The notes below the pieces were generated by a model that was given only the letters and a program-made list of their open reading frames with translations, searched no databases and was not told where the DNA came from. From an uncultured virus (IMG/VR IMGVR_UViG_3300005239_000190) (lineage: Duplodnaviria; Heunggongvirae; Uroviricota; Caudoviricetes), in the IMG/VR virus record IMGVR_UViG_3300005239_000190: a stretch of DNA of 28,700 bases; one strand, written 5' to 3'. The position numbers were made by a program, and so were the translations under genes. Positions 1-6,392 of the stretch are shown here, piece after piece; positions within the stretch are counted from its first letter, which is position 1; each line of letters begins with the position of its first letter.

Positions 1-798
1 TGTACCTTTAATAGTTACAGAGTTGCCATCAGTACCATCCGCTCCATCTGCCCCGTCGGTTCCATCTACACCTGCAGGACCTTGTGGCCCTTCTTCACCA
101 TCATCGCCTTTAGGCCCTTGGGGACCAATTTCTCCTTCAGGACCAGCTGGCCCTGTTGGTCCAGTTGCACCGTCAGCTCCGTCAGCTCCGGCTGCCCCTT
201 CTCTTCCTTGCGCTCCTATTAAATCATTTGTTCGAAACTCATCTCCGTTTGTAAATGTTATTGTAAGCGTTCCCTCTTGGTCTGTTCTAACATCTTTTAT
301 ACCATTGCCTTCTGCCCCAGTCGCACCTGTTTGGCCTGTGGGACCTTCTGAACCTTTCGGACCTGCTACACCGCTAGGGCCTTGCGGTCCCTGAATTCCC
401 TTGGCATTGGCATATTGCGGTATATTTAAAACTCCATCAATTAAGGTAGCCTCGCCGGTTTCGCCACTTGTTGTGATTTCTTGTATAACACCTCGGTTGC
501 TAGTGTAATGGGCGGGGTTTGAAGATAGGTAGTATCTACCGTCTATGTTGGTTGTAACCGCAGGCATATCCCCGCTGCTTCTTGTAAGCGACAACATACC
601 AGTTAGGGCATCAAACGATGCACCTGTTACAACTTGGTCCTCTACATAGGTTTCTGAAGCTGAGTTAGTAGCAACGTAGCTCTTTAAGGTACTTAGTTTT
701 ACGCTTTTTGTGGCGTAGCCCTTAGATTTGTCATCTAAAAGTAATAAATCGTCGTTTGATATTACGCTTGTTAATGGATAGCTATTTATTCTAGGCAT
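1..798 (-). CDS. Collagen-like (Gly-X-Y) tail fibre/virion protein, 3' end truncated by the window edge
   Basis: Manual translation from ATG at 798 (MPRINSYPLTSVISNDDLLLLDD...) is open to base 1, with two Gly-X-Y runs (GIQGPQGPSGVAGPKGSEGPTGQTGATG; GAQGREGAAGADGADGATGPTGPAGPEG...). Not in the ORF track because there is no stop in the window. Confidence 0.85.
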   Translation of the reverse strand, partial: MPRINSYPLTSVISNDDLLLLDDKSKGYATKSVKLSTLKSYVATNSASETYVEDQVVTGASFDALTGMLSLTRSSGDMPAVTTNIDGRYYLSSNPAHYTSNRGVIQEITTSGETGEATLIDGVLNIPQYANAKGIQGPQGPSGVAGPKGSEGPTGQTGATGAEGNGIKDVRTDQEGTLTITFTNGDEFRTNDLIGAQGREGAAGADGADGATGPTGPAGPEGEIGPQGPKGDDGEEGPQGPAGVDGTDGADGADGTDGNSVTIKGT

Positions 799-1041
799 TT
801 ATTCGTTTTTTGTTCCGTTTTTACGGGGATTCATACCTCCTCTGTTCCTATGGGCAGTTACAAAAGTACCCGTGTAGTGATCATAGTCCTTACCTTTGAT
901 ACTTTTACCTGCTTTTTTAGCTGCACGACGTTTTTTTTGACTATCTGCACGCTTTTTCTTGCGATCAGTACTATTTGCGTACTTTAAATCGCGCTTTTTC
1001 TTGCGTTTTGCAGCTGCTGGTGATAACTTTTGTTTACCCAT
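799..1041 (-). CDS. Small highly basic protein with a degenerate HNH-like tail (DYDH...HRNR)
   Basis: ORF track; K/R-rich; its stop abuts the collagen gene start; first gene of the leftward unit. Confidence 0.7.
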   Translation of the reverse strand: MGKQKLSPAAAKRKKKRDLKYANSTDRKKKRADSQKKRRAAKKAGKSIKGKDYDHYTGTFVTAHRNRGGMNPRKNGTKNE

Positions 1042-1054
1042 TCAATTTTTTCTT

Positions 1055-1075
1055 GTATATTATACAGTTCACACA
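1055..1075 (-). promoter_or_regulatory. Candidate middle/late promoter (TGTGTGAACTGTATAATATAC)
   Basis: Just upstream of the leftward ORF; shares TGTGTRA-N6-TAATATAC with the element upstream of the ERF gene. Confidence 0.35.
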
Positions 1076-1100
1076 CTTTTTACCGTTTTTACAGGTCTAA

Positions 1101-1148
1101 ATGCGACGATAGGGTGCTACTATTATATATAACTACCTAATGTCATAT
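1101..1148. promoter_or_regulatory. Dyad site A: ATGCGACGATAG-N24-CTAATGTCATAT
   Basis: Imperfect inverted repeat; same architecture at 2496 and 10973. Confidence 0.65.
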
Positions 1149-1245
1149 TATTTTATTAGATATATAGGGGTAATGGGTTACACTACTATTTCTACCTAGC
1201 ACCACTGTTACAAAAACCCGTTTCTTTTCGCCCAGCCCCCGAAGT

Positions 1246-1366
1246 TTCCAGGATCATCTGCACAGGTTCCGAGATCATGGCCTGGTTCCAGCCAGATATC
1301 CAGACTATTCCCGGGATCTGCTAGACTGGTGTTCTGGTCTAGTCCGCAGGACAGGATCCATGCTGG
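1246..1366. repeat. Degenerate ~19-24-bp tandem array (TTCC..GATC...CWGG), GC-rich and non-coding; candidate terminus/packaging region
   Basis: GATC-like words at 1252, 1273, 1295, 1315, 1336, 1355; TTCC/TTCT at 1246, 1267, 1286, 1308, 1332. Confidence 0.5.
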
Positions 1367-1383
1367 TTATATGTATAGCATTA

Positions 1384-1414
1384 TACATACCTAGTACGAG
1401 TGGTATTCGATAAT
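1384..1414 (+). promoter_or_regulatory. Conserved early motif copy 1
   Basis: TACATACC TAGTACGA GTGGTATT CGATAAT. Confidence 0.75.
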
Positions 1415-1438
1415 ATATATGAATACAAAATAAAAGAT

Positions 1439-1609
1439 ATGTTAGTAAGAATAGATACAAAGAACTGGTTAGGGAATTACAACAACACTGTTAAACAGTT
1501 CCAGAACCAACAGCATCTGGACAACTACCTCAGCAAATGTTACAGCAACCAGGTTGGTAACAATGTGATCAACAGCAAGATCATCGGGGTTGAGATCCTA
1601 CAAGACTAA
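1439..1609 (+). CDS. Hypothetical early protein (56 aa, MLVRIDTKNW...)
   Basis: ORF track 1400..1609; ATG at 1439 preferred because it lies downstream of motif copy 1 after an A-rich leader. Confidence 0.7.
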   Translation: MLVRIDTKNWLGNYNNTVKQFQNQQHLDNYLSKCYSNQVGNNVINSKIIGVEILQD

Positions 1610-1629
1610 TACGAAACACTATCGATAAT
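1599..1629 (+). promoter_or_regulatory. Conserved early motif copy 2
   Basis: TACAAGAC TAATACGA AACACTAT CGATAAT. Confidence 0.8.
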
Positions 1630-1651
1630 ATAAATGTAAATAAGTTAAAGC

Positions 1652-1804
1652 ATGAAATACAAATTCAATCACAAAGTCATACTAAAGTATGCTGGCCAAG
1701 CACTGGTCATCGGAACAACTGGGTTCATCATCACGGCACTACTATCAGTCATCGTGCACATGATCCAGCACGGAGCACCAACGTCATTCGGAATCTACGG
1801 GTAA
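1652..1804 (+). CDS. Small single-TM membrane protein (50 aa)
   Basis: Manual translation MKYKFNHKVILKYAGQALVIGTTGFIITALLSVIVHMIQHGAPTSFGIYG; basic N-terminus then a hydrophobic stretch. Confidence 0.7.
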   Translation: MKYKFNHKVILKYAGQALVIGTTGFIITALLSVIVHMIQHGAPTSFGIYG

Positions 1805-1834
1805 ACGATTCCTCAAACCTTAAATCAATTAACT

Positions 1835-1954
1835 ATGTCAACTAAATCATACACACTATTAAAGATCGGTTGGAGACGCTTCGGGCTCAACTGGCTAGAT
1901 CTAACAGACGAACAGAAGTCTGAAGTCATGGATATCTATTACGATTTCTACTAG
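1835..1954 (+). CDS. Hypothetical protein (39 aa)
   Basis: Manual translation MSTKSYTLLKIGWRRFGLNWLDLTDEQKSEVMDIYYDFY; A/T-rich leader. Confidence 0.6.
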   Translation: MSTKSYTLLKIGWRRFGLNWLDLTDEQKSEVMDIYYDFY

Positions 1955-1963
1955 ACTTAAAAA

Positions 1964-1994
1964 TACAAACTCAATACGAGTAGTAAACGATAAT
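1964..1994 (+). promoter_or_regulatory. Conserved early motif copy 3
   Basis: TACAAACT CAATACGA GTAGTAAA CGATAAT. Confidence 0.8.
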
Positions 1995-2024
1995 ATAAAT
2001 GTAAATAAATAAATAATAAATCAA

Positions 2025-2339
2025 ATGTCAAATTCTAAATTAAACGAAGCAATTTCAAAACTATCTAAAAAAGAACTATCTGAAATCTTCCCACCAATCG
2101 AACGTAAGAACTTCGTAGTCCGTAAATCATGGTACGGTCGTAATCAAATCATAACTTTTGTTAACAACAAAAATCAAAAGATTACTTACAACCACGATGA
2201 GGTTTTAAAAGTAATGTTACCTAAACTAAACATTATGCCTTGTTGGATTAAAAGAGGTTATTGGTCTCAATCTACCGATATGCCTTCGAATGTTCGAACT
2301 AATGTAATCGAAAGAGTTGAACTAGATGAAGTAAAGTAA
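2025..2339 (+). CDS. Hypothetical early protein (104 aa)
   Basis: ORF track; follows motif copy 3 and an A-rich leader. Confidence 0.8.
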   Translation: MSNSKLNEAISKLSKKELSEIFPPIERKNFVVRKSWYGRNQIITFVNNKNQKITYNHDEVLKVMLPKLNIMPCWIKRGYWSQSTDMPSNVRTNVIERVELDEVK

Positions 2340-2349
2340 TCTAGTTTAA

Positions 2350-2490
2350 CCCCTAACGGGACTGGCGCGTTGAGATGTGTATGATCACCAGTATAAATAA
2401 CGTTAAACAGATCACCCAATACACTCAGAGAAACCTGATGTGTATAGCAACCACCTATAACATTGTTAAATTTAGGTGCAATCGATCAAA
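2350..2490 (+). ncRNA. Putative structured non-coding RNA
   Basis: Intergenic; stems ACTGG/CCAGT (2361-2392), ATACAC-TCAG/CTGA-GTGTAT (2419-2445), CACCTA-TAAC/GTTA-TAGGTG (2452-2478). Confidence 0.4.
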
Positions 2491-2495
2491 TCGGT

Positions 2496-2544
2496 ATGCG
2501 ACGATAGCTTCTTATTATATATACTTAGCACCCTATTGTCACAC
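2496..2544. promoter_or_regulatory. Dyad site B: ATGCGACGATAG-N25-CTATTGTCACAC
   Basis: Same left arm as sites A and C; right part is the reverse complement of site A's left part (16/18). Confidence 0.65.
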
Positions 2545-2645
2545 TTTCTAGGTAAATAATTTAATTAGGTACTTAGAGGTAGAGAGTAATACCTTAACTA
2601 CTTTTTATACTTCATAATATTTTACCACCTTTACCAACTAATTTT

Positions 2646-2676
2646 TACAATACTAATACGAAGTATCTTCGATAAT
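2646..2676 (+). promoter_or_regulatory. Conserved early motif copy 4
   Basis: TACAATAC TAATACGA AGTATCTT CGATAAT. Confidence 0.8.
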
Positions 2677-2702
2677 ATATATGAATAAAAAATATAACTA
2701 CT

Positions 2703-2837
2703 ATGCAATACATATTAACTTGTGATAACGGTAAGAAAATAGATATGTCTACCGATATTTTACAGCAAATGGAGGGTCTTATAGAAAGACAAGAAATCTT
2801 AGAAAGAATTAACTACTATAAATCCACTAACAAATGA
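2703..2837 (+). CDS. Hypothetical protein (44 aa)
   Basis: Manual translation MQYILTCDNGKKIDMSTDILQQMEGLIERQEILERINYYKSTNK; follows motif copy 4. Confidence 0.65.
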   Translation: MQYILTCDNGKKIDMSTDILQQMEGLIERQEILERINYYKSTNK

Positions 2838-2969
2838 AAAATATTAAACTCACTGAAAACGATTGTATTTTTGTACACTATGTATTAAAGTATTACGCTA
2901 ATCAAACTGAAGGTTTAGATTATGACGACAAACAAGAAATATACGAAGTTGCAGCTAAATTTAAATAAT

Positions 2970-3140
2970 ATGGAATTTTACTGGAATGACGATACGATCG
3001 AGTACTTCAAGGAATTGTACTCTAAAGACGAAAATAATTACCGAGAACTATGGAACTTCGTTAAATACGAATGTGACCTAGAAGATGGCGAAACATATGA
3101 AATGTTAGCAAACGATTTAATAAATAAAATACAAAACTAA
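2970..3140 (+). CDS. Hypothetical acidic protein
   Basis: ORF track 2922..3140; in-frame ATG 2970 (MEFYW) has the typical A-rich leader; start uncertain. Confidence 0.65.
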   Translation: MEFYWNDDTIEYFKELYSKDENNYRELWNFVKYECDLEDGETYEMLANDLINKIQN

Positions 3141-3160
3141 TACGATTACCTATCGATAAT
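3130..3160 (+). promoter_or_regulatory. Conserved early motif copy 5
   Basis: TACAAAAC TAATACGA TTACCTAT CGATAAT. Confidence 0.8.
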
Positions 3161-3168
3161 ATATAAGT

Positions 3169-3501
3169 ATGAAACTAATAGAAATAAATAAAAACGGAAC
3201 ACAAAAGTTCCAGCTAAAAGACGGTAGATTTATATACTCTTATACTTCTGGCTATGTAAGAATCGACAGTAACCTCGATCGATTGTACCAAATAAACCAA
3301 GTACGTAAAGTAACGCCAAATACTAAAGGCAATTACTTTCCCCTATACGAAAGAGTACTTATACCATGCCCTGAAGCAAGATTCCAATATATAGTTAATT
3401 GGGTTGATCGAAATGTAAAAGATATACCTTACGCTATAACTAGAGAACTAAAAAATAAAACTGGGTGGATTAAATACTACACTGAAAAATACGGATACTA
3501 A
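3169..3501 (+). CDS. Hypothetical early protein (110 aa)
   Basis: ORF track; follows motif copy 5. Confidence 0.8.
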   Translation: MKLIEINKNGTQKFQLKDGRFIYSYTSGYVRIDSNLDRLYQINQVRKVTPNTKGNYFPLYERVLIPCPEARFQYIVNWVDRNVKDIPYAITRELKNKTGWIKYYTEKYGY

Positions 3502-3662
3502 TGATGGCAATGAAGCTAACGAATATAGAAAAAAACGTGTTATTGGTCGCTTTAGACCATATGGAAGAACACATACAGGAATTAATGGAAGAACGTGAAC
3601 TACGTGGTGATATGTGGCAAGAACGGTTAGATGCGTGTAAAACTATAAGAACTAAGCTATGA
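3501..3662 (+). CDS. Hypothetical protein (53 aa, helical)
   Basis: Manual translation MMAMKLTNIEKNVLLVALDHMEEHIQELMEERELRGDMWQERLDACKTIRTKL; TAATG and ATGA couplings on both sides. Confidence 0.7.
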   Translation: MMAMKLTNIEKNVLLVALDHMEEHIQELMEERELRGDMWQERLDACKTIRTKL

Positions 3663-3910
3663 TGACAATGAAAGAAGCGTGCGAGTACGTTAAAAACTCA
3701 AGGCTAGCGAAGAATCGCAAACACCGAATTGAAGTAACTCAAGGTGACTATTGCTCTGGATTAACGGATAAAGAGTACAAACGGTTACACGTAAAAGGTA
3801 AAGGTGCTGGTAACAAAGGTAGAACTCATTCACACACTAAACTGTGGGAGACTCAGAAGTACTCAAATAACATACACACTATGTACCACGATGGCACTTT
3901 TACAAACTAA
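3659..3910 (+). CDS. Hypothetical protein (83 aa)
   Basis: ORF track; translationally coupled. Confidence 0.7.
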   Translation: MMTMKEACEYVKNSRLAKNRKHRIEVTQGDYCSGLTDKEYKRLHVKGKGAGNKGRTHSHTKLWETQKYSNNIHTMYHDGTFTN

Positions 3911-3931
3911 ATACGAACACCGATCGATAAT
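3901..3931 (+). promoter_or_regulatory. Conserved early motif copy 6
   Basis: TACAAACT AAATACGA ACACCGAT CGATAAT. Confidence 0.8.
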
Positions 3932-3959
3932 ATATATGTAACAAATAAAAATAATACCT

Positions 3960-4163
3960 ATGCAAAAATTTAAAATTTCAACCGACAAATCCATTAAACT
4001 TAATGGTATCAAATTCAAACCATACACAGTAGGCAATCTGCCACCTTCATTCGGTTTCAAATACAATGAAGACAAAGATAAAGACGGAATTTATCAATGG
4101 TTTAACTACAAAGGCTTAACTTATGTCGAAGACAAAAAAACTATCTGGGATGCTTTTGCATAG
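3960..4163 (+). CDS. Hypothetical protein (67 aa)
   Basis: ORF track; follows motif copy 6. Confidence 0.75.
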   Translation: MQKFKISTDKSIKLNGIKFKPYTVGNLPPSFGFKYNEDKDKDGIYQWFNYKGLTYVEDKKTIWDAFA

Positions 4164-4416
4164 GGGTATTCCCTACCACTACAAAGAGTGGACTACTTGG
4201 AACGGTAAGCAAGCTAGCGGTTATGGATGTGAACACTTTAACTTCGCACCATACAATGTTAGCTACTTACCAGCCCAAACAGAAGCTGAAATGAAAGCTA
4301 GAATTGACGATAAAATAGACAATATCGATCGATATACCGAATTACGTAGACTACACGATGCCGGATGTGCTGAGTACTACGCAAGTAAAAAACCCGGCGA
4401 TTATACAGGAGATTAA
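4123..4416 (+). CDS. Hypothetical protein
   Basis: ORF track; start may be the internal ATG near 4150. Confidence 0.7.
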   Translation: MSKTKKLSGMLLHRGIPYHYKEWTTWNGKQASGYGCEHFNFAPYNVSYLPAQTEAEMKARIDDKIDNIDRYTELRRLHDAGCAEYYASKKPGDYTGD

Positions 4417-4419
4417 ATT

Positions 4420-4662
4420 ATGAGTGATACAATAACTAAATGGCACGAAATGCAAGAAGAAAATAACCCAAAACCGTACCATCAAACAGCGCAATGGGTA
4501 TTCATTATGGACTTTACCGACGGTAAAGCATATAGATATGACGTAAGCGACTTAGCCAACGATAGCGAAGTGATCGAAGCATTCTTACACGGTGCTGGAC
4601 ATAAACTATCTAACTGCGAGTGGATGGTAACTAAATATAAAGATTTTGTAAATGGTAACTAA
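4420..4662 (+). CDS. Hypothetical protein (80 aa)
   Basis: ORF track; tightly packed. Confidence 0.75.
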   Translation: MSDTITKWHEMQEENNPKPYHQTAQWVFIMDFTDGKAYRYDVSDLANDSEVIEAFLHGAGHKLSNCEWMVTKYKDFVNGN

Positions 4663-4768
4663 TAAAGAATTATACGAAGCGTTTATATACAATTTAAACT
4701 GCTACGACGCTAAAATAATCGATAAAGACGACTTTATTAACGCAATGGAAGAATGGATATATGAGTAA
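4652..4768 (+). CDS. Hypothetical protein (38 aa)
   Basis: Manual translation MVTNKELYEAFIYNLNCYDAKIIDKDDFINAMEEWIYE fills the gap with short overlaps. Confidence 0.55.
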   Translation: MVTNKELYEAFIYNLNCYDAKIIDKDDFINAMEEWIYE

Positions 4769-4976
4769 AATGGTAACTGAAAAAGCAGAATATTACGTAC
4801 ACACTTGGTTATGCGGCAATAAAACACACGTTATAATCACACTTGCTCGCTTACTTACTAGCCACTCAATCGGCGCTAGAATAGAATATAATCATATACT
4901 AGAAAAGTTTATAGCGCATGACAGTGATTTAGCGTTAACAATAATTGATAGAGTAAATCATAAAATACACGGATAA
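4761..4976 (+). CDS. Hypothetical protein (71 aa)
   Basis: ORF track; TAATG coupling to the next gene. Confidence 0.7.
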   Translation: MSKMVTEKAEYYVHTWLCGNKTHVIITLARLLTSHSIGARIEYNHILEKFIAHDSDLALTIIDRVNHKIHG

Positions 4977-5173
4977 TGAGTAAGATGAAAGAACTTGACG
5001 AAATCGCACAAGGTATTGCGGACGTCACAATGGAATTAATGTATGATAGTGTCGATTGGCAACTATCGGATTTTGAACAAGACGGTGATGACTACAATGC
5101 TATACACAGCCACGTCATGTCCGTCGCAATAGCTAAAATGTATGAAGAAACAAAGAAAACAACGAAAGTTTAG
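4976..5173 (+). CDS. Hypothetical acidic protein (65 aa)
   Basis: ORF track. Confidence 0.7.
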   Translation: MSKMKELDEIAQGIADVTMELMYDSVDWQLSDFEQDGDDYNAIHSHVMSVAIAKMYEETKKTTKV

Positions 5174-5273
5174 CCACAAACCGCTCAAAAGAGTGGAGAT
5201 CGAGGCGATCGAGCGTCAGTATTGGGAGAGATACAACGCAGGTATACCCCAGTGGCAAGCGGATATGTATTAA
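5142..5273 (+). CDS. Hypothetical basic protein (43 aa)
   Basis: Manual translation MKKQRKQRKFSHKPLKRVEIEAIERQYWERYNAGIPQWQADMY; ends just before motif copy 7. Confidence 0.5.
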   Translation: MKKQRKQRKFSHKPLKRVEIEAIERQYWERYNAGIPQWQADMY

Positions 5274-5276
5274 ATT

Positions 5277-5307
5277 TACAAATGTAATACGAACGCAAAT
5301 CGATAAT
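5277..5307 (+). promoter_or_regulatory. Conserved early motif copy 7
   Basis: TACAAATG TAATACGA ACGCAAAT CGATAAT. Confidence 0.8.
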
Positions 5308-5332
5308 ATAAATGTAACAAAAAACTAAAACT

Positions 5333-5521
5333 ATGTATTGTAGATGTGGAAATAAAGTACACCCCGTCCGTTTAGACTTAGGATATAACACGTGTGTGAA
5401 GTGCTCAACAACTAAAACATACTCGTATGTCCCAATCATTGAGCATAAAACGGGCAATACAATACAAATCGTCAGTCAAGAGGTGAGCGCTTCAGTGCAC
5501 AGATCTTGGCGACGTAAATAA
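5333..5521 (+). CDS. Small C4 zinc-finger protein resembling the DksA/TraR finger
   Basis: CRCGNKVHPVRLDLGYNTCVKC resembles the CxxCG..I...RL......CxxC pattern. Confidence 0.65.
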   Translation: MYCRCGNKVHPVRLDLGYNTCVKCSTTKTYSYVPIIEHKTGNTIQIVSQEVSASVHRSWRRK

Positions 5522-5562
5522 AGACCATGACGAATGGTTGAAACTTACTAATCGGTAAGCAA

Positions 5563-5738
5563 GAGAGGTTTAAGGTTGGAAGGACGAGTAGCTTAATTAG
5601 GTTAAGCCGCGACGTAAAACCAAAGGTTAACACATAAGTGAATTGCCAGAAAGACGGGATAAACAGAGAAAAGGGTATAAGTCAGGGCATACTAGTAAAT
5701 GACGTGCATCCCTAACATTCCAGTCCCGTCCACCTCTC
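5563..5738 (+). ncRNA. Putative multi-stem structured RNA
   Basis: Closing helix GAGAGGT/ACCTCTC (5563-69/5732-38); inner helix GACGGGAT/GTCCCGTC (5653-60/5723-30); hairpins GCTTAA/TTAAGC and AACC/GGTT; stem AGGG/CCCT; no ORF. Confidence 0.55.
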
Positions 5739-5745
5739 AAATATA

Positions 5746-5803
5746 CAGGTATGGGCACGAGTGTGGTGCTGTAACTCGACCGAAAAACATACGGGCATAC
5801 CTG
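5746..5803 (+). ncRNA. Putative small structured RNA (three-way junction or pseudoknot)
   Basis: Perfect 8-bp CAGGTATG/CATACCTG enclosing CGAGT/ACTCG and CCG/CGG. Confidence 0.5.
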
Positions 5804-5807
5804 AAAT

Positions 5808-5917
5808 GGGCGTGAAATGGTTAGACTATTAAACTACGTGCACCTAATATTGCAATGTTAAAGGTACAAAGCAGATGTTAAATAGTAACGCAGGTTCGAT
5901 TCCTGCCACGTCCACTA
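5808..5917 (+). ncRNA. tmRNA-like RNA: tRNA-like domain only ('mini-tmRNA')
   Basis: Acceptor stem GGGCGTG/CACGTCC with G3:U wobble and discriminator A; stemless D-loop ending in GAC; helix ACTATT/AATAGT; canonical T-arm GCAGG-TTCGATT-CCTGC; no anticodon arm. Confidence 0.75.
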
Positions 5918-6114
5918 TGGAAATAAATAAATATATAAAAACAGAGTTAGCGAAGCTCGATCGAGGTATCGTGGCCACGCCTAGCAACAGAGAACGGTTA
6001 GAATTGTTTGTTAAAGCAAACAACGGAGCCAACGACTTTTTACTAATGCAAATGGCGATTAATTTCGGTTATAAAATAGCGTTAGAAAATTTACAAACTG
6101 AATACGAACAATAA
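5917..6114 (+). CDS. Hypothetical protein (MEINKYIK...)
   Basis: ORF track 5875..6114; the upstream part overlaps the RNA gene, so ATG 5917 is preferred. Confidence 0.7.
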   Translation: MEINKYIKTELAKLDRGIVATPSNRERLELFVKANNGANDFLLMQMAINFGYKIALENLQTEYEQ

Positions 6115-6122
6115 TCGATAAT
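6092..6122 (+). promoter_or_regulatory. Conserved early motif copy 8
   Basis: TACAAACT GAATACGA ACAATAAT CGATAAT. Confidence 0.8.
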
Positions 6123-6140
6123 ATAATAAATCAAACAAAT

Positions 6141-6392
6141 ATGAGTAGACTAACACTTTATCAAAGGCTAAAGCCCGAAATCAAAGAGGCATTACATTCC
6201 TCTGAAAACGACAAATACAAAGCATCTATTGACAGTATAGTTGAAGCATTGTCAAGCACTACATTTTATAGTGACTTAAAAATTAGCGACGTTAGCTCGT
6301 TATATACATTTTCTAACCTTGAGCTACTTAGAGTTTCAGCGTGGGATTTTAAATACGGCGATAACATTTTAATACCTACAGGCAATGAGTAA
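6141..6392 (+). CDS. Hypothetical protein (83 aa)
   Basis: ORF track; follows motif copy 8. Confidence 0.75.
   Translation: MSRLTLYQRLKPEIKEALHSSENDKYKASIDSIVEALSSTTFYSDLKISDVSSLYTFSNLELLRVSAWDFKYGDNILIPTGNE

Noticed and set aside
23..394. Pro/Ser-rich plus-strand ORF
   Set aside because: Antisense shadow of the Gly-X-Y collagen gene
1607..1624. 15/18 match to the T7 promoter (TAATACGAAACACTATCG vs TAATACGACTCACTATAG)
   Set aside because: The specificity bases (GACTC) are not conserved, other copies vary freely there, and no T7-type RNAP is in the window; treated as coincidence
2421..2445. Hammerhead-like words (GAAAC, CTGATG)
   Set aside because: The core is CTGATGT rather than CTGANGA and the stems do not fit the hammerhead topology
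2533..2544. TCACA as a CRP half-site
   Set aside because: No TGTGA-N6-TCACA spacing; explained by the dyad motif
5808..5914. Ordinary tRNA gene
   Set aside because: No D-stem and no 7-nt anticodon loop at the canonical position; the layout fits a tmRNA tRNA-like domain
5875..5916. N-terminal extension of ORF 5875..6114 and antisense ORF 5844..6032
   Set aside because: Both overlap the T-arm/acceptor stem; typical spurious translations of tRNA-like sequence
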